Shown here in pieces: positions 29,440 to 45,000 of a DNA stretch of 64,000 bases (its first letter is position 1; every line of letters starts with the position of its first letter). A model generated the notes under the pieces. The model worked only from the letters and a program-made list of their open reading frames with translations, was not told the DNA's origin and did no database searches. The DNA is from an uncultured virus (IMG/VR IMGVR_UViG_3300009432_000684) (lineage: Duplodnaviria; Heunggongvirae; Uroviricota; Caudoviricetes). The position numbers were made by a program, and so were the translations under genes. The stretch is from IMG/VR virus record IMGVR_UViG_3300009432_000684; one strand, 5' to 3'.

Positions 29440-30042
29440 TTACCCTGCCAAACTTTGTACACGTACAGTGTAGTCAATTTGTATTAATCTGTTAAGTGAC
29501 TTTTGCACAGGATGGAAAATAACATGTGTAATTAATCTGCCTGCGCCGGCTGGGCTGTAACTTCTTAAACCTAATTCATCAAATACAAATGCATTATCAG
29601 GATCAGTTGCGTTATCAAATGCCTGTTGGCCGCTTGGTTCACCATAGTCTAGTAAACAACTAACTAAAATATCAGTATAGTTAGTTCCACTTACGTGTCT
29701 TGTTTCTGTTTTATTTCTAGCAGTGTCTGTGTTATTAACACTTTTTTCGTCAACTACTTTTGTATAAGTTTGATTATACAAACTAGCATTTGTGCCTGTA
29801 CTGTTAGGAGTAAGATACGTAATAATGCCTGTCGGATCAACACTTGTGCCGCCATTTCCGAAACTCATTTCGTAAACAAATCCTGCACCTGCATTACTCA
29901 GACTTTCTGCCAACGCAATACTCATATTTTCATAATGGATTGCATTGCGTTTTTCAACATATACTGCCTTTGACTCAGGGTCAAAGATTTTAATATGTCC
30001 TTGTACTAGTACTCCGTTTTTATCTTGCATATTATCACTCAT
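29440..30042 (-). CDS. Virion baseplate/fibre-attachment structural protein
   Basis: Start moved to ATG 30042 (MSDNMQD), which has an AGGA SD and a late box; GHIKIFD...FGNGGT...FDELGL..THVIFHPVQKS. Confidence 0.6.
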   Translation of the reverse strand: MSDNMQDKNGVLVQGHIKIFDPESKAVYVEKRNAIHYENMSIALAESLSNAGAGFVYEMSFGNGGTSVDPTGIITYLTPNSTGTNASLYNQTYTKVVDEKSVNNTDTARNKTETRHVSGTNYTDILVSCLLDYGEPSGQQAFDNATDPDNAFVFDELGLRSYSPAGAGRLITHVIFHPVQKSLNRLIQIDYTVRVQSLAG

Positions 30043-30058
30043 TGTATTTCCTATACTG

Positions 30059-30066
30059 TATTTATT
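30059..30066 (-). promoter_or_regulatory. Late promoter-like box AATAAATA overlapping the stop codon of the giant gene
   Basis: Plus strand reads tatttatt, 16 nt upstream of ATG 30042. Confidence 0.55.
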
Positions 30067-33000
30067 CTGGTAGCGCCGATGTGCCTGCTCGTAAGAATCG
30101 TGCAATTGAATTTTCAGCGTCTCCCAGCATTTCACCTGTATTTGTCCAAGTTTGACCAGTCTTTTTAATAACTGTAACCTTGGTATTAAGTGCTGGAACG
30201 TTACTTAATATTATTGTATTATCATCACTATTAAATTCAAATTCTTTTGGTAATGTTATGTCACCATCTGGGCTATCTAGTGCAATTACAGGATCAAAAG
30301 ATTCTAAAGTTGTTTTTCTAAGTCTTTTACCAGCGGAAAACACTTCAATTTCATTATAAGTTCCAACATCAAATCCTAATGTAAAGATTGTTTGTGTTCC
30401 GGTTCCAACAAAGCTTTGAGACTGTGTAACGTCTTTATATGGTATAGTCTTACTTATGTTCTGATCATATACACGTTGTCCTACTGGATAAGTTTCCTTA
30501 ACTCCAGTACCTAGTGTGCCCCTACGTAGTTGTTTTAATGTATTTTCAACTTTAACAAAATACTCAATACGTTCGCCGTCAATGAATATAATGCCTGGTA
30601 AGTTTTGACCTTTGCTTGGTTCTGACAATGTGCTTCCATCAACTACTTCAACACGCAAATCAGTACTATTTAAAGGTTCGCGTAACTTAGTAGCTTCTTT
30701 ATCTAAACGCTTAAAGTGTGTTCTATTCAACATATCTTTAAATTGTCTGTAAGCAAATTTTGAAGTACTTACAGGTGCAGTAAAGTGAATAATATCTATA
30801 ACATCATTAGCTGCTGGTGTTTTTGTTAACCTTACATTCATTTGGTCATCTGTAATATAATAATCTACACTTGGTGTTAATAATTCTCCATTAACACTTA
30901 CCCAAACATATTGTGCATCAACTGCTTTCTGCCTTAATGGCACTTCACCAACCGTTAACCTATTGTATGTTACTGTTTGTACGTCTGTGGATGTTAACAC
31001 AGTTCTTGCAACAACATCATAATTAATTCTTTCTATACCTAATAGATCATGATTTGAAAATTGGAATACTTCTACAGTTTGATCTGCTGCCGGAGTAGTA
31101 TCAAGTGTAACTACGTTTCCAGTAATTCGGTATTCACCATCTGTTATTGCGTAAATTGCAACTATTGAACCTTCTTCTCCTACGTTGTCTGCTAAAATAA
31201 TTGAACTATTAGCAATATCAAATCTCCATTCGTCTGGAGTAAACCTTTCTATGCCATCTACAAATACACTAATATCAGCAGCTGAGTTTGATCCAACTGC
31301 TTCTTGGAAGGTTTCGATTTTGTATTCTCTCCTTTCAAATTCATCTATAGTATATTTAATATTGTATCCAGGGTTTAGAATTTTATTAGCAACCTTAACA
31401 ATAATGTTATGCTCATTTGGTAATGCATAAAACGGTGTTGTAGCTAACTGATAACTTCTAGTAGTTCCGTCTGTTGTAAAAGTATCTTTACTAACTTGGC
31501 TGTAGTTAATTTTTAAAGAATCACTAAACACAGTGTAGTGGATTTTTTGACCGCTCACAGTTGGAGGAGTATTAAGCCTAATACCAACTTTAGCTGGACC
31601 GGGTACACTATCGTCGGCACTATTAAATACTGACACATTATAGCTGATGCCGTCTATGCTAACAAAGCAAGAAGTACCTTCTTCCCAATCAACTGTTGTT
31701 ATATAATCTGCCTGTCCAGATGTAGTATCGCCTACTCCAAAGTCTAGTACTTTTTGTGTACCTTGCGACATTGCAATAATATTTAATTCGGCGCCTGCTG
31801 TTGCAGAGTTAAGGACAACATTATTATTCTGCCAATCAATTGTATATAAACTATCAGCTAAAATAACATTACCTACTTTTACTAGTACTGCTTCAGCAGT
31901 ACGTGGAATAGCACCTAATGAATAAGTTGTATCACTTCCCATAATATAGCTTTGACTATGAATTATTCCTTGTCCTGCACTATCTCTCGTAAATACTTTA
32001 ATATCTAATGTGTCAAGGACTTGCCCTGGAACTAATTCTTCAGGACCGCCGCTTGTAGTAGGCGTAATAAATCCATCGCCGTCTATAATAATATCTTCAG
32101 CGTTAATACCTTTAGCAGTAGTGTATGCTAAGTCGCCGCCGGTAAGTGCTGTATCATAGCTGTCAGCATCTGGTAATGTACTACCATCACTAGTTGTTTT
32201 TCTAACAATTAGTATATCGCCGGATACCAAACTTATTCCCATTTCTTCTAAATCAAGTGCTTGTGTTACACCGTCACCAATTATAGAATTAGTAATTGCA
32301 CTAGGGTTTGCATTTACTGTACTTGCATCATAATTGGCATCGTCTATTCGAACACCATTTTTATAAAAGTTATACATGATGCCATCAGCTAGCGGTTTAG
32401 TTAGTGCTACTGCATTTGTTGATCCGTCAGCATAAAAAAGTTCATCTTCGTAAGTATTGTCAAACGTGTCCCAGCTATCTGAATACCATCCATTGCTGTC
32501 CCATCCTGCTGGCTTGTCGAATTCAAAACTACGTATTTGAACTCCGCCATAATCCACACCAGTCATTAGCTGTTCTAATTCTTTGCCGTACATACTAGAA
32601 GTAGGATTGTATGCAAAGTTAATTCTGTCTTCAGCATTAAGTAAGCTTAATGGTCTGTAGTATTGAATTTTAATTTTATAATCAAATTTAGGTGGTGTAG
32701 TAAATGTAATTCTGCCTTGCTGTCTTTTATATCCTGCTGTTGTATTTGAAACATTAGTATATGTATAAGCACTTCTAAGTTGTTCAACTAACTTAGTATT
32801 ATCTTTACCTACCCACACAGTAACCTTTGAACTTGAAAGATCCATTGGCCATTCTAAATCATAAACTGTTTTTGTTCCTGTGCCGCTAACTGTTATTTCT
32901 TGTAGTAATGTTGCATAATATACTTTACCTGAAACTCTATCAAACTTAGTTGTAATAGACGGACTTCTAACTACGCCATTGCCTAAGATTGCTGTAGCTG

Positions 33001-36000
33001 TTGCTGGTGTGCTTCCATCAGCTTGTGGGCCTTCAATAGTAACTACCGGAGTTTTAATATAACCTGAACCGTTAGTTAATACTTCAATTTTAGTAATTCT
33101 ACCGTAGCCTAAATATGCTCTAGCAGTAGCGCCAGTGCCTTCTGCACTAGTAATCTTTACTGTAGGAGTATATGTATAACCTGTACCAGCATTTGAAATT
33201 TGTAATTCTGTAACTTGATACCCGTTGTTGTCGCTCCAATTCTTCCTTGGATAAAGTGCTGCACTATTAGGCTCGCTTACAATTACACCATCAATAACTT
33301 GTGCTTTGCTTGGCACAATAGACTTTGATTGAGTACTATACTCTGGTGGTAGATCAAAGTCGCTTACACTGCTATTTGTTCCTTCTACTGTTGTATAGTT
33401 ACTAACAAACTCTCTTACATTTGTACTATAAGGCTTAACTTCATTAATATATGCTTCATAGTTTGCCAAGTTGTTATTATTAAATGTTATGTCTTGGAAC
33501 AATGGACCAAGATTGTGTTTTGCTTTAACAAAGCTAGTTTTAAATAACCAGTCAGCGCCTTTTTGCTCTGCAAGAACGTAACGCAAAGTTGCAAAGAACA
33601 ATTCGTTATATTCAACAGCCAAAGTTCCAATAAAAATATTATCTCTAATTGCTTCAAGTATAATTCTAAGCTCTCTTGAAGGAGTATTATCATAAAAATA
33701 ACTATCAAAACTTCTGTTATCAAAACCTACAGTATTTTTAGTATAGTCGTATAGCTTATCGTTAAACTGGATTGTTCCGTTTTGTCTACCAATAGTCTTA
33801 TAGTTAATTGTGTAATCTTCAGTATCTTCGTCAGCTATTTTTTCTAATAGGAGCCAGCCACCGGAGCCTACCGAGTTAATCTTAACTACATCACCTAGGC
33901 TGTTTTCAAGACTTGTTAATACGTATGACCCTTTAATGATATCATCAATTTCAGTAAACTGGTTATATCCAGATGCATACCAATCAGCGTAACTCCAAAA
34001 TTGTGTTACGTCATAATCTTGTATGCTTCTTCTAAACCAAGTACTGTTTACCTCGTTCCAAGAATACAATGCCCATTTATTAAACACTGAGTTATCAGCT
34101 TCTACAAGTACACTGTACCTTCTTACGCTAATTGAAGTGTTAGCATCATAGCCTAGGCCTTGATTTACAACTGAAGCACCTGTTATTTGACCTAGTGCAT
34201 TAATAGTTAATGCTATTTCTGCATCTGCGCCAGTGCCGCTAATTGTAATTTTAGGAAGAACTTTATATCCTCGTCCTGCGTTAACAATTGTAATTCCAAC
34301 TAGTTTTCCGTTCTGTAATACAGGAGTTAGTGTCGCAGGAGTTACTTTACTTGTACTAATATAAACTAGTTCAGCATATGTACTAACTTTGTGATCGTAC
34401 TCACCACCAATTAATGTTGGCAATGGTTCTTTCTCAGATAACGCAGTAAGATTGTATTCGTCTGCTAATAGATTTTCTTTTGCAACTATGTTAACTCTTT
34501 CAATGAATTGTTTTAACGCTTCAAATCTGTTAACAAACATTCCCTGTCTTGGTCTGTTTTGAATTCCGTAACGACTTTTTGCAGGAATCTGTAAATTTGG
34601 AACTGCACGTTCTTTTGCATCAAAGCCAATTAAGCTATCAAACCATTTAAGTTGGATATCAGCATTAGGAACACTAGTTGATAATCCCTTACTTAATATT
34701 TGATACTGGTTATGAACATTCTGACGTGTTTTTTCAACACTATCAGTTGTATACTTAATATTCAAAACAACATCATCATTATTAACAATATCATTACAAT
34801 TTGTTAAAAGAAACTTGTTTTTGCTCAATAAGCTTAGGTACCTGTACTTTTGATCTTTAGGATTTGCAATTAATGCTGCAATATTTTGTATGCTTAATTT
34901 TCTGTTAGCATTAGAAGGAATATTCCGTTTATTCTCTACCCAGAAGTAATATAAAGTATTAAATGATTTACTTACATTGTCATACTCTAATCTAGTAGTA
35001 TATTTTTCGTTACCGTATAAGCTTATGCCGCTAACACCTTGTGCTAGGCCTTCGTCAGTGTCTGCAAATCCATCCCAAGTATTTGGAAGGAATTTACTTT
35101 CAACCCATTCGTACACATTAATAACAGACCCTTCAAGTTGAGTATTCCAAGTATTCTTTTGGAAGTTAGTTGATCCCTGATAAGGATGTGCAAATCTAGC
35201 AGAGTCAATATTCCACCAAACTTTTCCAACATAGTTTTCTGCCCAATGTCTTCCTGGGTCAACATTATTGTCAGCTAGTAATCCAGTGTTATAAAACGCC
35301 GGATCATATCTAGTTTTAAATGCAATTTCTTGTTCTGCTATTCCTGCAATTTTACCTTGTATTGGATCAATAAAGTCAAGGTATGTAATTATTTTGTTTT
35401 CTTTTTTGTTATATAAAAATGCACCTTGTATCTTTTCAACATCAACTGGTGTTACGCTAGATCTAATTGTGGACCATGCAAAGACTCCGTTACGTTTTCT
35501 AAAGTCAACTAATCCACCTCTATACTCATCGTCATATTGCTGTGGCATACCAATGTACATGTGATTATCATTAGTATAAATGTATTCGCCAAAGCTAGTT
35601 TGAGTTAATGGATACGAAATAGTTTCTGATAATGACATTCTATTGCCAAAAGCTTCGTATATATAAACAACACCTTTGTCTATTTTAACATTCTTAAACG
35701 AAGTAAACTTTCTATCAAATGTAGTTGGTACTTTTTTCTTAGTAGAAGCTTTATCAAGCTGATAAGAATTAGATAAATTCTTTTCGTAAGTATCAAAACT
35801 AGTTGGAATTAGTTGATCGCCATTTAAACTAGATATTACAAGATTGTCTTTACCAAAATCTAAATTATATCCAAACTTTTCTGATTCTTCATCTTGTGAT
35901 GGAAGTATTACTTGAGACGGAGTTGTTGTTCCGAGTGCAGAGTTAGTAACTGTTCCAAATACGCCGTTAGCGTCTTGTACATATATGTATACAACACCTT

Positions 36001-39000
36001 GATTAATTCTTATAGAGTCTTTTAACGGAGAACTTACTGCTATCTTAGTTCCTTCAGGATTCATACTTATTTTATCAGCAAACCCGTCTATTGATGTAGC
36101 TTCTGTAATCATTTGAGAAAATACAAACTTATCGCCAATTTCTCTATACACTACTACTGCAATGTCTCTTGTACTATCTGTTTGTACTTGTGTACTAGTA
36201 GTAACAAGGACATCACCATTAGCACTTAAATCAAAGTCTTTACTAAACTGCTCAATATTTTGTATTGGGTCAAATATTGTTTCATCAGCATAGAATGTTT
36301 TAGATGTTCTGTTAGGCAACATCCCGACATAATCAACAGTACTGCTTAGTATAGTCCAACTATTACTCACTACGGCTGCGTCTGCTGCAATGTTAGTTGC
36401 TGCAATATAAAGTGTATTATTATATTCTACAATGGCACCTTTTTCGTATCTATAAGTGTTATCCCAAACGCCTCTGTAGTTTCTGTCTTTGCCGTTTCTC
36501 CAGCTTATGTTTTCCCAAAAAACAGGATCTGATACAAAGTTATTTGAAGTAGCATTTTTAACACACTGAAAATATTGATCTTGGTACAATACTATATCGC
36601 CTATCAAGTATGATAGTATTTGATAAGGTCCTTTAAAGCTTGCAATGTCTTCTGCTTTTACACCATGTCGGTAAAACTCAATACTTCCAGGATCAGCTCT
36701 TGTTCCCAGACCGTTACTTGAGATTGCAAGAGTATAATATTTTCCTTTTTGTACAATTTTAACTTTTTTGCCAAAGCCTCTGTTTTCTTTTCTATGCTCA
36801 GAAACTAATACATATTGTCTTTTATACGTACCAACATCTGATCTGCGATAAATTGCAACAGCGCCTTCTTTTGATGGACCTGCTGTGCCTGACTTCTCAG
36901 CTTCAAGATGGAATACTTGTGTATAATCTTTGTTTAAGCTATATGGAGGATTTGCCATTCTTGAAATACCTTGTTCGGTATTTTCATTAAAGAACCAATA
37001 CTCTTCATCAACTATTTCTGGGTTAGTAACAATATCAAACTGTGACGAATGTTCAAATACTACCAACTTACCAACTGTATCTGTGCCTACTGCAACATCA
37101 TTTTCAAAGTCTGTTACACTTCCCATAACACGATTAACATCTGCTGCACCACGTTCTACAGTATTAGCATTACGCTGAATTGCATACTTTCCAATGTTAG
37201 TTAATTGATTCCAAAGGCCGCTTAACACTTTTACATAAACTCGTACACTATTAAAGTTTCTACGATAAAACACAACTTCGGCAGTACTAGTAGTAGTTGT
37301 TGTAATTGCAAGGCCACCTTGGCCATCATTTGGAATTTGTACGTCTTGAATTATGTCGCCTACAACAGGCTCAAACACATTACCATTAAAATCAAACTCG
37401 TCAAACGTAAAGTCAATGTAGCCGTCCCATAAGTCAACAACAGTTTGTTGCTTATTTAAAATATCAAATGTAAACCCTGCGGCTGCAACATCAATAATTC
37501 TGTTATCAAGATTGTATACTCTAAATTCAGTTGTATCGTTTATTGATAAAGTATCAGTATATGCCTTTTCACCACGTACTATCCATTTGTTACTAAGTTG
37601 TGCAGCTTCAGTTCCGCCTGGATCGCCGGTGTAAGATAATTGTGTAATGTAACTAGCTCTGTTTTTATTTTTAACATATGTTCCAATGTAGCCTACTGCT
37701 GACTGAATGTTTGAATATGCATTCAACGCTCTTGCAGAAGATGCTAGTCTAACATCAGCGTAAACTAATCCTCGGCCAGTATCATAGTATGTTCCGTTAT
37801 TGCTGTAGTTGAATGGAAGAGCAATATACCAAAAGCCATCTACTGCATCACTAGTATTATATGTTGCGGATTCTGTATAAAATCCAACAAATATTGTTTC
37901 TTCAATAAACAGCTCATCACTAACACTAAAAATACCATTTGTATCTTTTAAGTAAATTACTGCACTATCGTTTTGCGTACCTATATATGCAACAGTTGCA
38001 CTACCTGTAGCAGTTGTAACTGATTGTCCTACTGTGGGCAACGAAACAAACGTTGCTATAAACAATACATGGTCAATTTTATTTTGAATAATATGACTAC
38101 CTGTAATAACGTTTCCAGTAATGGATGGTATGTCTCCGTCAAAAGGCAAATAGTTTGTTAAAGTAGGATATGTATAACTACGTTGGTTCCAGTAAAGATT
38201 AACTGTGTCGCCAACTGCTGTACCTAAGTACATATCTTTTGGTGCTCTTACCAATATGTGATCTACTGTATTTCCAGACAGCCCCGGGTCACCTGCAACT
38301 AACAATTGTAGTGTTGTTGAATCTGCATCTGCAGAAGCAGCAATATTAACATAGGTATCAAACGTTGTAAATGCTTGTGATGCAATTTCCGGAAGTACTG
38401 TTCTATTTGTTTTCCACAAACTTTCTCTATATTTTACAACGTCACCTTTTATATATGTAGACGTAGCATTAAACGTATCTTTAAATTTTGTTTTTACTCC
38501 AGATGCTTCTGGAATACCAACTACTAAGTATTCGCCATCAGGACTAACTGAAATATTCTCGCCGAATCTTCCTGACGATGATGCATTAAGTAAATCATCG
38601 TCACTATCTAATGTTAATATATCATCTAGTACTAAATTATTTTTTTCATCAGTACGTTTATAATGGCTTACTTTACCTAATACATCTCCAGGTGCTGATA
38701 CAAATACATCATTGTTAGTTTCTGTTATTGCAACACTTTTACTAAACTGTTGTGAAGTACTATCAAAGTCAGAAGGATTAAAAAGTGTTTGGTTTGCTGT
38801 ATACACTGGATTATTTTCAAAAACTTTCCAGTCACCCTCGTAGTCATCAACCCAAATTTTCTGTTTGCTATATAGCTTGCTTCGCTGTGAGTTTAAAACG
38901 TCAATATTTGGAACACGAACTTCTCTAAACTTTACTACTTGGAATGACTCGTCTACAAAGTCTATAATATCTGCATTAACATCAGCCTTAACTGTTACTG

Positions 39001-42000
39001 TAGTTAAATTAATACCGTCTGTGTCAACTGCATACATTCCGTTAAGATTATATTCTTGTGCTCCACGGATACCAACAATGTCACTTGTAGTAATTAATGG
39101 ACTAATTCCGTCTCCTGGAACATCTGCCCAAGTATCTAATTCTAAATCTACAAGACGCATTCCGTCACTTGCAAGTTTATCTGTTCTAAGAGTTGCTCCA
39201 ACTACATGTACTGCTGCTGAAATAACTTGATAGACTTCCCAAGAATCTTTGCCGGTTTCAACTACCCATATATAATCGCCTAAGCTAGTAGCATTTATAT
39301 CACCCAGTGATAGTTCTGCTATTGATCCTGCTGTAAATGCAACATCCTCTACAGAAACATAACCACCTGTTTTAATATATTCGTTTTCTGTTGTTATTGA
39401 CTTAGTTGGAAATGGGCTATGATCATACAACTCAGGCTTATCAAATACTTCATTAGGTAGTATTCTATATACCCTATCGTAGTTTGTTGCAGGCAACGTA
39501 TCAATTAACTCAAATGCTTGCGGAGATTCTGTCATTGAATCTTCTTTAAGATTAAATTCTACCTGTTTAGTATTTTCAGTTGCTCCGTATCTGCCTGTTT
39601 GGATTGCCCATTCTTCATAAAAATCTAATGCTGAAGTTGTTCCGTCACCAAGAGATTCAAACAAGTTAGTTAAGGCGTTCATAGTGCCTTTATCTGCAAT
39701 GAATCCTCTATAAAATTTAAATTGGCTTACATCATCATTAATAATGTTTGCAAGATATTGTCTTTTTTGGTAGCCAATTAAATGCTGGGCCATACGTTGT
39801 TGTTCATCGTCAAAGCCAGCTGAGTCTAAGTCATAAAAGTCAGCAAACTGATTTGCTTTGTAATCTAAGTTAGCTGTTAGTTCTGACACTGGCTTTTTAC
39901 TAAGTTGTAACCACAACGTAGCATTAAAGTTTTTTGCACCTGATAAATTGCTGTTAGCTGAATAGTAAAATTGTTTGTATTTTACTAGCTCACCAATTTT
40001 ATAATCTTTCCATTGCGTCCATTCTGTAATAATAGCTTCGTCATATAAGAAGCCTGGAAGATTTAGGCCGCCATTCCAATCGTCAGTTCTGTAACCGCTA
40101 ACTTTAATTCGGTCTTGTCTATATCCTGATTTTGGTTCATAAATTATATCACTGAACGCTGTTTTATTATCTAAAATAATAACATGTTCTTTTTGCACAA
40201 TAGGCAAACTTATATGATATAGTCCGTCATCAGTATTTGAAGTTTCGAGTCCAAAACTATTTCCATCCCTAACAAGACCGTTAAAGTCTGCTGATAAAGG
40301 TTGGCCGTCTGCTTGTAATATGCTATAATCGTAGAACTTATCATATAGATTGTCTACAACTACAAAGTCTCTATCAAATTGTATTTTTTGTGCGCCTGGG
40401 CTTAACGTAATTACAGTTCCTGCAGCCCAACCTTGAGTGGTAAAGAACATAAACTCTCTAGCACTATTTTCCCAATTTTCAACTACTTCGTTAAAAGCAT
40501 CTACTTCGTTAAAAGAAAATCCTAATACTTTTTGTCTAGCATTGTATCCTAGCATAAAATCTACTACTTCTTGTGTAGTAGCAAGTCTTGTTCCGTATTG
40601 TAATCTAGATGGAGTGTCAGTAGTTTCAAAGTCCTTATAGAATACAGCCGTTCTGCCGCCTGTAATTGGAAGCTCCTCTAAAACAGCAAATCCTTCGTCG
40701 GCATCAAATGTCTCTCCACTAGTAAACTGTTTAGCTGTTCTAAAAAATTCATTCTTGAACTTAACAACCGTTCCTCGTTCATAAAGTGTTCTCGGTGACC
40801 ATTCTTGTTGTGATTCTGAGATGCCGCCAATTGTAACTGTTATTTTTGAAGATCCGGTCTTTGGCTTATAATACTCAAAATATGGTTCAGTATTACTATA
40901 ACCTCTAAGAAGATATCCTGAGCCTGATTTTTCAATTGAAATTCCGCTGTAGGTTACCATTTCTAACGGGCTACTAGTATTATTAAAAACCTTAAAACTT
41001 TCTTGTGGAACAAATATACCATCTCGCTCTGTTTGTTTAGAAGGAGATCTGCTATCAAGAATTAAATTAAATTTACTAGTATCAGTAAATCCTCCAACTT
41101 TAAATCCTAATTGATTTGTTAAGTTTACAAGGTTATTTTTATAGTCTGTATAAACACTCAATACATCACTAGATATTAAGTTATAAATGTAATTTACAAG
41201 TCCACAAGTTAATACTCTAGTTTCATCTTTATATGTATTAGGTATTTTTGCAGTAGATAATTGAATAGGCTTATTAGTGTCAGTTTGCACCCATTGCTTA
41301 ACCAAATTCTTTTTAATTCTAGATACATCAAATCCTAAGCCCATTACTTTAGCAGGTTTATTTAATAGGTATGCTAATAATACTGCAAATGGATATTCTG
41401 AACTTCTTCTCCAAGCAGTTTCAACTGGGCTGTGATCTCCAAACTTCCAACCTGACGTTGCTTCATTTCTTAAGAAGTTTCTAGTAAAACTACTATCTCT
41501 AGGAGACTTTAGTCTACCTTGACTGTCAACTGGAATATGTTTAGTTAGTCCTGGTCTTGCATATTTTGAGTTAACTACTTCTGCTACTCCAGGTACCTTA
41601 ATTCTACCTTCTTCTAAATCTTTCCACAGTACTAAGTTATCTCCAGAGTATGGAGCAGGACCGTAAGTTGTATCCCACCAAGTAGGCTTCATTGTAAACC
41701 CTAGCATCTCCCATGGATTGGAGTTTGGCCTATCAGTGCCATATGCATGGATGTAGGCGCCGCGCCAGAATCCCGGAACGTTATTTCCTAATGGGCTTGT
41801 TGCACTAGAATAATTAAACGTAAAACTATTATTAGGATCATAAAAGTTATGTTCAGTATATTCTGCGCCGGTAACTAGTCTAAGCCATTGAGTAAAATCG
41901 CCAACTAAGCTATTGTCTACTTCTGTTTTACTAAACTCAGTAGTTCTATATTCGCCAGCAATAAACTCTTGTATATCTAATAAGTCTGTTGAGTACGAAA

Positions 42001-45000
42001 CTTTAATATTATTAAAAATTCTTCTTTCAAACTCTAATACTAATTCGTCTCTAAAATCTTTGTACGCTTTAATATAGCTGCCGTCATGCCCTCTAAGCAT
42101 AGCAACACCAATTGGATATTCTTCAACTTCGTTATTATCTTCAACTGCATGATTTTTAGCAACATCGGCCATATAGAACACTTGTGCTAATCCTTCAAAC
42201 ACATGTTCATGCACAGTTCCTGTGCCGCCACGTGCTTTGTCATCGGCTATTGCCGATGCTTGTGTAGTATGCAAAGGATAGAACCAACCAATTTTACCTT
42301 TGTAAGCTTTTGTTGTTTGTTCAATGCGTCCGTAAACTTTGTAAGGACCTGTTACATTTGTTTTTACACCAATATAGCTATCATCAATAGTAAGCTCTGG
42401 ATAAAACTTTGGATAAAGTCCTAGCTTTGTTGGAGTAGGTGCTACAAAACTTCCGTCAGTAGTTTCATACTCGTATATTTCAATTATATCGCCTTCAACT
42501 TTAGTAGCACTAATAACAACATAGCCATCTGAGTTAAACGTATAATCTTGTTCATGTACTAATTGTATTGCATTTAAGTAAACACTAATGCTTTTTGCAC
42601 TAAGAGTAGTTAAAGCAAAAGGAGTAGTTACAGGGTATGTTGTAGTTCTTGAATCTAAAACTGTATATTCAATCCTGTTAGAATCACCATAACCTAACAT
42701 GTCAGAGAAGTAAAACGGTTCTGACTTCATCTTTTCTTTATTAAGTGTAGTTAAGATTTTATCTACATGCTGTTTTACAGGACCATCGTAACCTAGTGTA
42801 ACCGCAGTTTCTAAAAACTTTCTTTTAAATCTTGAATACTCATTTTTAGAATATTTTAATGCTTTTACAATATTAAAATTTTTGTCTGTAATATGATATA
42901 ATGGAAAGTTGATAGGTCCACTATGTTTAACAAATCTTTTTCCAAACTGATCTGTTTCGCCTGCATCACGCAACGAACCTTTGCCTGGAAAAACACCAGT
43001 AAACCCTTGGATGTCTTCAATCATAGTATCTACATGATCAATTACTTCACCTAATGTAAATTCAGTTACATCTTCATTAAGTGGATTTCTTTCTAAGTTA
43101 TGTGGAAACTCATAATATCCTTTATCTGTTTTTTCAGATAGGCTATGAGTTTTTAATCTAACAGTTTGCCCAACAGTTAAATTGTTATAAAATCTAACAG
43201 TTGCAAAACCATTTGCTCTGTCAATTTCATAATCTTGTAATCTTATTTTTAATTTATTGTCAACATAAACATGCAATATTAGATCGTTTATATCTCCGGC
43301 TTTTTTATAAACATCAATACCAAAGTTATTAAGTTGAATTTTAGTTGCAGAATACTGTCTAATAACCATTTGTCTACTGCTAGTAGGAATGCTACTAAAT
43401 CCGTTGACATAATCAAAAGACGTTAACGACTTATACTTTTTAAGATAACCTGTATCAATTGTTTGACTAAGTAAGTCATTATCTGTTTGGTATGTAAACT
43501 TGTCATTTAACAAGTCAAAGTTAAAAACAATATCTCCAGAGTTATTAATCGATCTATAAGTTAAAGGAAATCCTAATTCAGCATCATTAGTTCCTGTACT
43601 TTGTTTGTAGGAAAATAATTTAGTTCCTTTAAAAGTTGTAGATCCATAATATGTTGTGTCACTAAAACTATTTTGATTAGCATCAAACACTTCAAACAGT
43701 GGATGTTCGTTTGTTTTTGTTTTCTGCTGAGACTGTATCCAAGTAGTTCCATTATAATGGAAGCTAGTTCCTGCGTACTTGGTGCCATTAGTTACTAATA
43801 CTGTTTCTAAAATAATAGGAGCCGAGTCAGTAACAGGACGCAAGTTAATTTGTCTAATTTTATTAATTGTAACAAAGTTAACTTCATAAATTTGCCCACT
43901 TACTAGAATATCTGTATCTGCTGTAAACAAGACACGCATGCCGTCAGCTAAATCTATATTATCAATGTTGTATCCTGTTGATCCTTCAACAACACTAAAC
44001 ACGTCTTTAGTAAACACATCAACTAAGTCAACATCTTCTTTAGCAAAAACACCAAAGTTATTTAATTTTAATCCTGCTTCATATTCAATAATAGGACGTT
44101 TGGCTCTAGTACTCTCGTCTAGATCATAAGAATTGTTATTATAAGTTTCGCTAGCAACTATAATGTCTTTGTGATACCAACAGTTATATCTACTCCAAGC
44201 ATTTCTATCCGGGCTTGATCTATTAACAGTTATGTAATCTTTATCTGCAGCATATGCTTTTGCATCAGCGAAGGGCAAGTCGTCAAACTTATCAGTATCA
44301 AACGGAATTAACTTTGATGTAGAGTATGCCGCTGGAATAATAAGATCTTTGTCTTTTATTAATTTAATATTAGATCCAACACCTTCAACATACCATTGTC
44401 TTGTATCGTACTTTGCAGGCGTTACATCTCCTTGGAAGGTTATTTTCATACCGTTGGATAATTTTACACCATTAGCACTAGTATAAGTTTTTTTGCCTAA
44501 TACTTCTGTGGAAACATCAATTGCAGAATTCTCTGCAATATCATAAATTTTAATAAGTCCGCTAGTATCAACTGCATTTTTACTAATATAGTATAATCTA
44601 TCTGGAGCATTTGTAGGAACAGTAAATTCAATTGTACCTTTATCAACATAAACAACTGATATAGTTTCGCCTTCTTTGCCGTACTTTGTTATTCCAGTTG
44701 GATATAATGTACTAACGTTATCGTCTGCATCAAAAGTAACAGATCCACTACTAGGCAGTACTACATAATCGCCTTGGTCATAATTGTTTCCGTATAACGC
44801 ACCGTCAAATTGGCCGTCAGCTCTAATACCTTCAGACCCTGCTGTTAGTATTGCTGTGCCAGGAGTAAACGTTCTTGAGATTGAAAATGCAATTGGATGT
44901 CCAGGAGTATCAATTTCAAATCTATAAGTTTGTCCTTTGTATAATTTTAGTGTAGGGTTTGTTGTAAGTCCATCATTAAACTGATATGAAACATTATCGC

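Noticed and set aside
30043..30135. N-terminal extension of ORF 29440..30135
   Set aside because: It overlaps the giant gene; the SD and late box support ATG 30042.
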